Shown: positions 52,540-64,000 of the stretch, one piece after another
How positions within the stretch are numbered: position 1 is the stretch's first letter
Layout of the letters: every line of letters begins with the position of its first letter
NCBI GenBank assembly: GCA_013265495.1
Contig: MU058226.1
Span: forward strand, 706,741-770,740
Length of the DNA: 64,000 bases
Direction: 5' to 3'
Source of the DNA: Vicugna vicugna
Lineage: Eukaryota
Translations under genes and position numbers: made by a program
The notes under the pieces: model-generated
Seen by the model: only the letters and a program-made list of their open reading frames with translations
What the model was told of the DNA's origin: nothing
Database searches by the model: none

Positions 52540-53399
52540 AGACTGGGGTCTGGAGTAACAGTTGAGAGGCTATTGAACTTTCTCAATGAGAGGAGATGAG
52601 CGTTTGAATGAAGACAGCTGCCAAGGGGAAGTGGGGGCAGATGGGAGACAGATTTCTAGGCAGGAAGGACCCATATAAAGATGAGGGAGAGGAAGATGAC
52701 TCTGGAGAGAATAGCTAGGCCCCACAGTGTACTTTCCTCCCACACCATGCTGCCTTGTCCTGTAATGAGGACCCCACTTGAGTCCAACTCTTCCACTTTA
52801 CAGCAAAAGGAAGAAACTGAAGCCCAGGAAATGGAAACCCTCATCTATGGCCGAACTGCAAGTTGGTGGAGGCGCCCGAGTAGAAGCCAAGTCTCCCTTC
52901 CCTGGCCCCACCCCTTCCACAGGTGCACCTTCCAAACCCTCAGGCCTGGGCCACACCCCTCCAGCTGATCAGAATCCCAGGGTCAGGACCAGCAGCTATT
53001 CCAGGACCGTGCACAAGCTCCTCTTCCTGCCGTCACCTTGACCGCACACTCTGTCTGGACCACACTTCCCTTTGCTGTTTCATAACTGCACTACATAATT
53101 ACCGTATGTTACATATCCCTACTGATAACTGGAAAGACACTGAGTGTTTAGATGGAGAACTATGTGCAAACAAAGACCAGAATCCTTCTTCATGGGCCCA
53201 CTAGTAGTAATAAACTAGAACTGATTTGCAAACACTTCATTGAAACTGCAGGAGAGGGAGGCCTTTGGAGGCTGCTCTCCAGTAAGAGAGGGCTGATGGA
53301 CAATCATTGTTCAGTCAGCAGTTACTTTGGTAAAATTGATCATCTCTTGATGAGTTTATTTTAGTAAAAGCAAACAATATTTTTGAACATAAAAAATAA

Positions 53400-54290
53400 T
53401 ATCTTAAAAAAATTTTTTTTAGTTATGGTAAAATAAGGGAGAGGTGGTATAGCTCAGTGGTAGAGGGCATGATTAGCATGCATGAGATCCTGGGTTCAAT
53501 CTCCAGTACCTTCGTTAAAAACAAACAAACAAGCCTAATTACCTCCCTACAGGAAAAAAAAAAGCCAAAAAATAATTAAACTTGTGGTAAAATACACAGA
53601 ACATGAAATGTACCATCTTTTCTGTTTTGGGCGGTACAGTGCAGTAGTGTTAAGGACATTCACACTGTGGTGCAGTCACCACCTCCCTCCATTCCAGAAC
53701 TCCTTTCATCTTGCATGACTGAAACTCTGTACTCATTAAACAACAACTCCCCTGTCCGCACTTCCCCTCGCCCCTGGCAGCCACCATCCTGCTTTCTGTC
53801 TCTATGAATTTGTCTACTCCATGTACGTGGAACCTTGTATTTGTCTTTTTGTGGCAGGCTTATCTTAGCTAGCATATTCTCAAGGCTCATCCGTGTTGTA
53901 GCATGTTGTAGAATTTTCTTTCTTTTTAAGGCTGAATAATACTCCATTGTATGTATAGACCACATGCTCTTCTGTTCATCCATGACTGGACATTTGAGTT
54001 GCTTCCATCTTTGGCTATTGTGAATAATGCTGCTATGAACACGGGTGCATAAATATCTCTTTGCAACTCTGCTGTCAATTACTTTGGGTATATCCCCAGA
54101 GTGGAACTGCTGGATCATATGGTAATTCTATTTTGAATTTCTTAAGGAACCACCACACTGTTTCCCATAGCGGCTCCACTATTTTACATTCCCAGCATCA
54201 GCGCACCGGGGTTCTAATATCTTCGCATCCTCACCAACACTTGTTATTTTCTGTTTTGATAGTAGCCATCCTAATGGGCGTGAGGTGGCA
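53400..54290 (-). mobile_element. L1M 3' end (ORF2 C-terminus remnant and 3' UTR), interrupted by a SINE
   Basis: ORF 53660-54118 reads WKQLKCP...MWSIHTMEYYSALKRKKIL, the L1 ORF2 C-terminal motif. Confidence 0.85.
53437..53579 (+). mobile_element. Vic-1-type tRNA-Ala SINE, long form, nested in L1
   Basis: GGTATAGCTCAGTGGTAGAGGGCATGATTAGCATGCATGAGATCCTGGGTTCAATCTCC...CCTAATTACCTCCC. TSD at 53421-53435 and 53580-53594. Confidence 0.85.
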
Positions 54291-55917
54291 TAAAACCCTT
54301 TTAGAACATGGGTTTTCTAATGGTTTTGATCTCCCCAACCCCTAACTTTGCATAGAGCCTTAATTTAAGTTCCTTAATCACAGTGTTTTCGTCCAAGGAG
54401 ATTTTTAGGAACATGACCCCCACGATTAGAGAAGGAATACTCTGTTGTCATTTTGACAATCTTTACCAACAAGAAAAACAAACATTTTAATTTATTTTAA
54501 TTCTGTTTCATTATTAGTGAAGTGGAACTTTTCGCTATAATTGTTAACTATGGTTTCTTTGCTGTGAGTTGTGTCTGAATTCCTCACATGGTACAATATA
54601 AAGTAGAAATAGCTGCTGAGTGCTCTCTGTGTGCTCGTTACTGTTCTAAGGGCTGTACATGTAGTAACTTGGTTGATCCTGACCCACCGCGAGGCAGGTG
54701 CAATTGTTACTGTCATTTGATGGAGGAAACAGAGGCACAGAGAGGTCAGTGAACTTGCCCACGGATGCCTGGATCAGAGCCTGTGCCTCAACTACAAAAT
54801 AGACAATATGTCCTATTTTATGTGTTTGATTTTTTTCTATTAACTATAAAAATGAAAAAAAAAGTGGTTAAATTTATCAGTCTACTTCTTTCTTTTGTTG
54901 ACCCATTTTTTTCTTTCAGCCATCCTAGAACATTCTCTCCTTTTCAGAGAATAAAAAATATTGGATATTTTTATATATTAAATGTTTTACATGTGTATGT
55001 ATTTTCCCAAATAATCAATCATTTCTCCCAAACCATTTATTGAATGTTATTTTTTGTTCCACTATTTCGTGATGCCACCTTTCTGTTGCTTTTTGTTTCC
55101 TAATTGCTTACTTTTATTTTTTTTTAATGAACATTATATGTTCAATCATCTCTCTGAGAATACTGAAGTCTCTTTCTGGTTTTTCTATTCTTTTCACTTC
55201 ATCCAGCATGAGTCTGTCTCTGGAGTGTTGGTGTTGCTGGCTGCCTTCCTCAGTGTTAGTTTTTGCGTGTTTGGAAATTTTAGTTTCTGGATCATTTCCA
55301 GGTTTCTCTCTCTCGCTTCTCTGGTTCCCTAGACCAATAAAGGACGGGCCTCCATGACCACCTTCAGTCCCTCCCAGACCTCCTTCTTCAATCTGCCTCC
55401 TCTCCCTCCACAAATCCTCCTTCCCTTCCCCCTTTCACAGAATTTCTCACCTCCCCACATCTGGTCTGCGCTGGCCTGAACCCTCTTATATCAGCAGATC
55501 TCTGGCCTCCTCCAGTAGTTTTGAAGTTATCTCAGTGGCCTGGCTAGTCTCTTAAACATCCAGTTTTACTGCAGGGACTGGAGACTTTGGGGACCATGGT
55601 GTGTAATGGGGGAGGAAGAAAATTCTTGGGGATAACATTTGTGATTTCCTTTGGTTGTCACTGAGTCAAAAAATAAAATCAGACACTTGCAGCACAGCAA
55701 GGGTTAACCTCCTGCCCTGGGCCCCACTGTTGCAGGGGACTGCGGAGGGAGGTGCTGTGCTAGGAAAGGCAGGCTGTCAGCGTCTATTTGCCTGACAGTT
55801 GACAGGCTTCATGCACAAAACTCACCCAAGCAGAAGCAGCAGCCAAGTACAATGAACTTGACCCAATAACAACAAAATTTTGAACATTAAATTGTAAGTG
55901 CTTTTTCTGGTTTGTAT

Positions 55918-55941
55918 ATGTGTGTGTGTGTGTGTGTGTGT
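55918..55941. repeat. (TG)n microsatellite
   Basis: About 11 TG units. Confidence 0.85.
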
Positions 55942-57947
55942 TTGGTTTTTGGTCTTGCATCAAGCTGTAAACTCCTTGGTTTGCAGAAACCACATTTATC
56001 TTGTTCACCATGTGACTAGCCTGGAAGAGGAATTCAGGAAACGTCTGTTGACTGAAAGAGTAAGTGAATGTTGTTTGTCACCACCCCTTGTCCAGTCCTG
56101 CCTCCATCCCAGGCAAGAAGAAGGCTGAATATCAACCCGGATGCTGTAGTTCTTAAAGGTCTGGGAGACTCTGTGAGAGAGGTGATGAGGCAGGCTTAGT
56201 GACCCTGGCAGGTTAACAACAAGGGAAAGAAAGTGCCAGCTGTTAAAAAAAAACAGGTTGTTTTTCTTATCCTACAGCTGGCTCCTTGGTCCCAAGGACA
56301 TAGCCATACAAGACATTTTACGTTCCACAACTGCTGCATCAATCCCAAGGACATACCCCAGTATCTCTTTTTGTTCTCTCCCCACCCACCCCGACGTTTC
56401 TGTTTTGGGTCTGAGCTCCAGAAGAGGAAAGAACCAGTACTAGAAGGTGATTGGCACCACTGGAATGAAGATAACCATGGCAGAGCCTTCCAGTAAGAGA
56501 CCCTGTGGTCCATTCGGGGGCTGAAACCATCTCAACCAGCTACTTAGCTGATGGCTCCCTGCTAAGTTGTTTTCTTTGTTTTGCTTTTTATCCTTCTCTC
56601 TCTCTGAGCAATAAAGCACCTCTTTTTTTTTTTTCCTCACTTTGTCCCTCTGCCTCTACTGAGGATTCTTTCTCAGTTAGCAGGCAAGGACCCACATGTT
56701 TGTGGGGGCTTGCCCACCCATTTGGTGGGCTTTCCAATTTCTATCCCCTCACATTGGGCCCTGCAGGCATGGCTTGGGTGTCCCTTTAATGAAGTGGATC
56801 ACAAAAGAGAGGAAAGGCGTCTCCCCGCTGGGCATAGGCACTCCCCCCGCCCCGCAGATTTGGTGTCTTAAGGGCTCCAATTCAGTGGGAGTGATGTTCA
56901 GCAGGAGATAGAGACAGAGTTACAATATACCTGGATGAATGGATTTATTAAAATTTGCGTTATTACCTTAAGATGGCCCCATTTGCATATCCTTGTAGGC
57001 TAGTGAGACCCAGGGAAACTCAGGTTATGTTTTTGAACTCAACCTTGAAATCCTACTTGCACCACAGACTAGTTACTACCGCTGGGATGAGAGCCCCTTG
57101 TTCTGTCCGGGACAGTGGCAGCAGCAGCGGCAGCAGCACTGGGGGAGTCCTGCTGCAAGGTGGGCTAAAAGTTCAAACAGAAGGACAATAGAATACAGCT
57201 TCAGTAGCACTTCTGGGCATGTTAATTCCTCTGTGATGCCCTGGAAGATATGAGGTAAGTGGGTGGGGTTGGTATTCGGAAAGCAAACAGTGGCTCTGAT
57301 TTAAGACAGATGAGCTTCTAAAAGGTTTGAACCTCTTCTTCAATAACAGGGAAATCTTGAGGGAAGGGGCCAGAGCACCTTCAGAGTTCCAAGCCTGGGG
57401 ATGTCCCCATACAGGTGGGACCATAGACGGGAGTAGGAAGGGGGAAGCTATTCAGCCTTTTGAGGAAATCTAAGGCAGGTGTTTCCTTCCCTTCAAGCCC
57501 AGGGAAAGGGGCTTCAGAGGACCCTTCAGAGAGTTTAATGTCTGTTTCCTGCAGCATGGAGGAGAGGGTGAGTGGGTGGCTGGCTCGTCCTAAAAATCAA
57601 AAAAACAGGCAGCTAGCTGGCTGCCCTGATGGTGGAACAAGAGAGGTTGCCAGGTTGAAGGGCTGCTCGCCTTCCCAGATTCCAGCTCCGGATTCCTGAC
57701 GTTTCCTGTGGGCCAGACGTGGGGCGAGTGAGAGAGAGCTGATGCAGGATGTTAGAGCCTGTCTGAGGGCATCCCCTGGAGGGGTTTGGTGAGCCTAATA
57801 GAGCCCTGCCAGATTCAGAGACTAAAGAAAGAAATGTAGTTGATCAGCTTAAGAAAGGCATTTGCTGGCATCAAAGATTAGAGAGTGAGAAATCCTAGCT
57901 ATGTGAAGGAATTGTCTCCCCCAAAGAATCCACAAAAGTGCCTAATT

Positions 57948-58140
57948 GGGGGCAGAGGGGTATAGCTCAGTAGTAGAGCATGTGCTTAGCATGTACAAAG
58001 GTCCTAGGTTCAATCCCTGATACCTCCATTAAATAAATAAATAAACCTAATTACCTCCCCTGCCAAGAGTGTGTGTGTGTGTGTGTATAATTTAATTAAT
58101 TTATAAATAATAAATTATAAATATATATTAATTATTTTTA
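57948..58140 (+). mobile_element. Vic-1-type tRNA-Ala SINE, long form with TG/AT-rich tail
   Basis: GGGGTATAGCTCAGTAGTAGAGCATGTGCTTAGCATG...GGTTCAATCCC...AAACCTAATTACCTCCCC. TSD at 57934-57946 and 58141-58153. Confidence 0.85.
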
Positions 58141-58344
58141 AAAAGTGCCCAACGAAAGGAAGGCTCTGCTACATCTGGAAACCCAAGGAGTACTTATGCC
58201 ATCTCACAGTAGTTCTAACCAAATAAACCCTCTCCTGGCCCCTTTGGGCCTCTCACTCTCATCACTCCAACCTATGCTGGGATCCAAGGTCAAAGTTTAG
58301 TATGATGAGGGAGGAAAGACAGAAGCATGCATACAGGATGACCT

Positions 58345-58843
58345 GTATGGTTAGGATACAGGTGCAGCTGCTGGAGGGGAAAAAACTGTATGGTTTAAAA
58401 ACAAAAAAAAAAAAGAAAAAAGAAAAAAGTTAATGTATTTCTAGTGGAATAGTTCCAGCATAAGGACTCTGAGACTGGATTTAGTAACGCCACCATGTTG
58501 GGTTCCCCAGATCCTTCTGTCTTGCTGTTTTGCCATTCCCTAGAATGCTTCTCTTACCTGGACCCATCCCCACATCCTCTGGGTCCTTACTCCAGCCAGT
58601 GGGAAGAGGGAAGCGGAGAGGGGAGCAACACCCCTGCTTTCCAGAGCATCACCAAAAAGTTTTCACTCACTTTACTTAGACCCTGTTGCCTGAAAGTTAG
58701 TCACATGGCCACGTCTAGCTTCAAAGGATGCTGGGAAATGTAGTCTTTATGCTGGGCGGCCACAAGTCCAGCAAAAAATTGGAAGTCCTATTAATAAGGA
58801 GGACAAGGGGAACAGATATTGGGGGACAATAGTTTCTGCTACA
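58345..58843. mobile_element. MLT1-like (MaLR) LTR
   Basis: TTAGTCACATGGCCAC...GGATGCTGGGAAATGTAGTCTTTA...TTTCTGCTACA. Confidence 0.65.
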
Positions 58844-59164
58844 AAGCACGAAGTGGAAAGTGAGAGATCACCACACACTTCAAGTCACACTGAGGGCAGC
58901 TGGTCTGTGTGCCACACAAAGGAAGGGAAGAGCTTTGAATTTAAATGAAGTTTGAAGTTTTTATCATTACATAAAACCAAACCATTTAATTACTGAACTT
59001 TTTTGAGAATTAGACCAGATGACCTTTGATTACCTACAAATGACTAGAGAGGTCATAGAACCTGCTTTAAATGTCCATCAAAGGGCAGAAGGAGAATGGG
59101 TCCCACAAAATGGTTTTAGAGGGACAAAGAGAAATGAAAATAAAATTGCTTCCGGATCCCACCT

Positions 59165-59580
59165 TCTATGAGTCAGAGTATGCTACGCTGCAGTAATAAA
59201 AAGACCCTGGAGTTTCAGACCTTAACATAATACAAATGTATCTCTTACATAACACTCCTGGGCAGGTTTGTATTCCAAGGGCAGCTGTCCTCATGGTCAA
59301 TTGGACTGAGAGCGGCTCTGCCGTTTTCAACTTAGGGCTTCCAAGGTCACCTTGGGTGTCAAGGTCTCAGTCAGCCAGAAATGAGAAAGAAAGAAGGAGG
59401 ACTGTGGGACGTTTGTAATAGACCAGCCCTGGAGTTTGGTATGTACACTTCTGCTCACATTCCATTGGAGATGATTGGTTATGTGACCAAATGTGTTTGG
59501 AAGGGTGGCTGGGAAATGCAGTCTGTGTACCCCAAGAAGAGAGGATTTTGGTATGTAGCCGGTGAGTTGTCTCCACCATT
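59165..59580. mobile_element. MLT1-like (MaLR) LTR
   Basis: CACTTCTGCTCACATTCCATTGG...GGCTGGGAAATGCAGTCT. Confidence 0.65.
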
Positions 59581-60927
59581 ATTCCCCATGATTTTGCTTA
59601 CTCAGTGTATAGTTGTTAACAATGTGATGGTTTTAATGAGTCACCAAAAATCTAAAACCTTTGGACCAGGAATGATTTCTGGTAGTATTGTGCCAGGTCT
59701 AGAGAATGAACCATTCAGTATGCTGGCTGGAACTTTCCTCTAAGACACTGGATGATTAACAGAGACATAAAAGGGAGAAAGAGAAGGAGGCTGGTACAAA
59801 GCCTGTGTGTCCTGCACCAGTAATATCCCTGGCATCAGTGCAGACTGGGCTCTGGGGCAGGATGCTTGGGTGGTGCCTACACTGGGTTTGGAACTGTGGA
59901 GCGCTTCAGAACCAAGCTGTTAAATTTCACAGTAAATGTCCGAATGGAAAGGAGAATATCCACATGTAGGTGGTGTTAGAAACCTCTTCACAGAAAGAGG
60001 AAAAGAAAGGTTATTTCACATAAAAGAGGGCAGTTTGGTTCACCCCATCAAATCAGGAGTGGTCCACAGATCTCCCATGATTAGTGACACCAAGGAAGAA
60101 AGAACAAAAAAAAGGAAGCCTAAAACATTTGCAAGAATGATCATGGAGGATTGGCCAGGGCTGCAGTGCTCAGTAAGGGTGAGGACCCAATGCCTCAGAG
60201 CAGCATCCAGGCAGTGTCTTTAAAGTCTGCTGAGACTAATGGGGAACCAGCCCCACTAGGAGAGCACTTCAGGATCCACTGTCTAATCACTGTTGTAGTC
60301 AGGATGGCCTTTTCCTGGCAAAGTGTAACAGTGTGCTGAACAATTCCTGGTGACAGAGAAAATATGATCTGCTGAGAGGTGTCTGGAAATAGCCAGTGGC
60401 CACTAGCATGAGCTACCAGGATCTTTTTAGGATCAAGCAGCATGACACCTCCAAATTCTAGGGGCAGGGGAAGGTGTAGCCCAACAATATGGTTTTATGA
60501 AACAGCCCCCACCCCAAGTGCCTAGAACGCTCGAGTCTTCCATGGGTGACTCTAAGGGAGCCACAGCCCTGCAGTAGGAGTGTGAATGGGGTTGGCCCTG
60601 CCTCTGTAGCTCCAAACCAGCTTGTCACCCTCATGAATGATGCTCCCATGGCCTATAGAGATAGTGGCACAAGTCACACACTGTTCAGAGCAACCCTCTT
60701 CCATTTTCCATTTTGTTTTCAACCTGCTCCTGTTCCTGGTTGGTCCTGACGGAGCTCCCTCACCTCTCCTACACTTGCCTGGGAACTCAGGCCCCATGGC
60801 TAGACGCTCAGCTCTCTCCCAGGCCTTGTCTCCGGCCCGACCCCTCAGCCCTTCCAACTCTCATCCTCTATGGTAAGATACTCTACTCTAGTCAGCCCCT
60901 GAGGACTGGTTCAGGTCTAGATGGAAC

Positions 60928-61155
60928 TGAGACAGAGCAGGACCCTGTGGGGTCCTCCCTGGTACAAATCCTCTCCATGTCCTCCGTTTCTTCTTTGTAG
61001 GAAATAGGCTTCTTTCAGCCTCCTAGACCTTTCCTGAGTTCCAAAGGGCAGATTCAAACAGTTGCTAAATCAGTGAAGAGAGGAACAGTCAGAAATCAAT
61101 GGTGCAGCCTTGCAGCCGGGTCCTAGTTCCTCCTCAAGGAATATACATAACAATA
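60928..61155 (+). mobile_element. Truncated ERV1-type LTR (U3 part)
   Basis: Starts TGAGACAGAGCAGGACCCTGTGG and contains TTCCTGAGTTCCAAAGGGCAGATTCAAACAGTTGCTAA, resembling artiodactyl LTRs. It breaks off at an L1 fragment. Confidence 0.55.
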
Positions 61156-61390
61156 CATATACATCCATGAAACCATCACCACAATCAAGACAGTGAACAT
61201 TCCCTAAAGTTTTCTTTTGTTCTTTGCAATCCCCTTCCTCCTGCCTCTCCCCACCCCCATTCCTAACCAACCACTGATCTTCTTCCTGTCACTATAAATT
61301 AATTTGCATTTGCTAGACTTTGATAAAAATGAAATCATACAGGTTGTACTTTTTGTTTCTTCTTTGGCCTGGCTTCTTCCACTCTGGCTG
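61156..61390 (-). mobile_element. Old L1M 3' UTR fragment
   Basis: ATCCATGAAACCATCACCACAATCAAGA...ACCACTGATCT...AAATGAAATCATACAG. Confidence 0.65.
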
Positions 61391-62136
61391 TCCATTTTCA
61401 AGAGACATCATTCTGATGAAAGACAGTTTAGCGCAGAGAGAGAATCCTGCCAAGAGCTCATGCATGTGCAGTGATGAGGTGTCATGAATTATGGTTGGAC
61501 TATATAATTTCTCTATAAGGATGCCAAATCTACTTTCTGCTTAATGGATCTCTTTTAATCAACAAGAATCATTTGCACTCTGAAGTTTTTGCCAGAATAT
61601 GTAGCCTTGAACATCACTCCTTCCTAGCCAATTCTTAATCAAAAATTCAGTTAAGTGAAACAAAGCCTGTGTAGCCTTCCTTGAACAATCGCTCCCAGTC
61701 TGTGGATTGTGTAATTACAGACAATCACCGCGCTGTGGATTTAGATTGCATTGTTCTAAACCTTTATAGAATCTCTTATAATGAATTGTGCTTTGACATT
61801 ATGCTATCAGCTTGCAGGGACTCAATATGAGTTGGGTATAATGCTGAAGAATTTGTAGATAAAATGGTATGTCTAGGATTTGTTTAAAAAGATCTCCAGA
61901 GGGGGAAAAAAATGTGGTATGGGTAATTAAGTGAGTTTGGCCAAATTTTGGCAGTTGTGGAAGCTTTGTGATAGATCCAAGAAGACTCATTGTAGTCTTC
62001 TCATTGCTTTTTGGTGGGTTTGAAAATTATCATCATAAGCAGAGTTTTTTAAAACAGTTGTAAGAAATTCACCATTGTCTTTATTATAGGGAGATTGTCT
62101 TAAGATTTTGTTTACTTATCACTACAATATACTTTT

Positions 62137-62290
62137 AAAAATAGTTTTTATTGTTGTTTTTGTCTTTTGGGGGGTGGGGGGTGAAGGGTAATTAGGTTTA
62201 TTTACTTATTTACTGGAGTAACTGAGGATTGGACCCAGGACCTCATGCATATTAGGCATGCACTCTACCATTAAGCTATACCCTCCCCTC
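62137..62290 (-). mobile_element. Vic-1-type tRNA-Ala SINE, long form
   Basis: Reverse complement reads GAGGGGAGGGTATAGCTTAATGGTAGAGTGCATGCCTAATATGCATGAGGTCCTGGGTCCAATCC...AAACCTAATTACCC. TSD ACTACARTATACTTTT at 62121-62136 and 62292-62307. Confidence 0.85.
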
Positions 62291-62839
62291 AACTACAGTA
62301 TACTTTTGATGAAAAACTAAGGGTAATTTTAAGACTTAAATAAAATAATATTTATCTCAATCCAATGTCTAGTACAGAGTAAACACTTAGTAAATAACAG
62401 TCTTTTTTTACTGTATGATGATTTCATCAGAATTGATTTATGGGTATTAGCAGACTGACCTATTTGGAACTTGGAGGTTTCCTTTAATGATGGACAAAGA
62501 ACAAAGGGGAAGAAACGTCTTCCTTCTGAGAGACATTGTAGGTTTTCTGGGAGCTGACTGGATATATAGAATTTCTGGAAGAAGCTTTAAGATTTTCAGA
62601 GTCTTGATCCAGAAGATGAAATTTAAGTATGAAATATTTTAACCCAGAAATGCAAAAATAGCTTAATATTTTAAAATATATACAAAGTTATCACATCCAT
62701 AAGCCAAAATAGATAAACTATATGATTATTGACATTTACTAAAATTAAACAATTAATCCTGTAAGTATACAAAAAAAGAATTCTGAAAACCTGGGAATAG
62801 AAAGATATTTCCTTATCATGCTAAAGAATGTCTATGTCA

Positions 62840-63881
62840 AGCCTCTTTAGCAAGTGGTGCTGGGAAAGTTGGACAGCCACATGTAAATCAATGAAGTTAG
62901 AATACTCCCTCACACCATACACAAAAACTAACTCAAAATGACTTAAAGATTTAAAACAACCCAATTAAAAAAATAGGCAGAAGACCTAAATAAGCAATTC
63001 TCCAATGAAGACATACAAATGGCCAATAGGCACATGGGGAAAAAAAATGCTCAATGTTGCTAACTGTTAGAAAAATGCAAATCAAAACTACGAGGTATCA
63101 TCTCACACCAGTCAGAATCAACATCATTAAAAAGTTCACAAAGAATAAATGCTGGATAGGTTGTGGAGAAAAGGGAACCCTCCTACACTGTTGATGAGAA
63201 TGTAGTTTGGTGCAACCATTATGGAAAACAGTATGGAGATTCCTTAAAAACTGAAAATAGATTTACCCTATGATCCAGCAATCCCACTCCTTGGCATATA
63301 TCTGAAGGAAACTCTAATTCGAAAAGATACGTGCACCCCAATGTTCATAGCAGCACTATTTACAAGAGCCAAGACATAGAAGTAACTTAAATGCCCATCG
63401 ACAGATGATTGGATAAAGAAGATGACTGGATTGTGGTATATTTATACAATGGAATAGTACTTAGCCATAAAAAAGTATAAAGTAATGCCATTTGTAGCAA
63501 CATGGATAGAATTGGAGATTGTCATACTAAGTGAAATAAGCCAGAAGGAGAAAGAAAAATACCGTATGAAATCATTTACATGTAGAATATTAAAAAAGAC
63601 ACAAATGAACTTATTTTCAAAACAGAAACAGACCCACAGACATGTAAAACAAACTTGTGGTTGCCAGGGGGAAAGGAATAGGGAGGAATAAATTGGGAGT
63701 TCGGGATTTGCAGATACTAACTACTATTATATAAAACAGATAAACAGCAAAGTCCTACTGTACAGCACAGGGAGCTATATACAATACCTTGTGATAGCCT
63801 ATAATGAAAAAGAATAAATCACTATGCTGTACACCAGAAATTAACACAACATTGTAAATTGACTATACTTCAATTAAAAAA
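62840..63881 (+). mobile_element. Relatively young 5'-truncated L1 (ORF2 3' part, 3' UTR and A tail), flanked by older L1M-like DNA
   Basis: AAGTGGTGCTGGGAAAG..., GAAGACATACAAATGGCCAATAGGCACATG, ORF 63485-63691 MPFVATWIELEIVILSEISQKEK, ending CTTCAATTAAAAAA. Confidence 0.9.
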
Positions 63882-64000
63882 CTAATCAGAAACAGCCCAG
63901 GTGTCCAGCAATGGGAGACTGGTTAAACACCCAACCCTGGTATATCTACCAATGGAATATTATCAAAAAGGCCTGAGGAAGAGTTTTATGTGCTCTGGTA

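Overview
Mammalian genomic DNA, not microbial. Five tRNA-Ala-derived SINEs of the Vic-1 type point to a camelid (camel, alpaca or llama). The window is the MHC segment syntenic to human 6p21.33, read in reverse. It holds SFTA2 (+, 3 coding exons), VARS2 (-, 29 coding exons, 1061 aa), GTF2H4 (-, 13 coding exons, 463 aa) and DDR1 (-, 17 coding exons, 917 aa b-form, several 5' promoters). About 18 kb of repeat-rich upstream DNA follows, and there are two assembly gaps. I traced every coding exon by hand and all four genes have intact frames. I found no evidence for a wholly new multi-gene system. The most interesting signals are fine-scale: a SINE whose target-site duplication copied a VARS2 splice donor; a lost and rescued SFTA2 acceptor; a spliced PPPP-stop uORF in the DDR1 leader; a near-perfect CTCF motif inside a DDR1 coding exon; a YCAY array before the DDR1a/b alternative exon; loss of the DDR1c acceptor; a MIR4640-like tailed mirtron; an abutting NF-kB/IRF element; and a very tight GTF2H4 terminator / VARS2 promoter junction. 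Comparisons with human sequences and all repeat-family names are from memory and need database confirmation.
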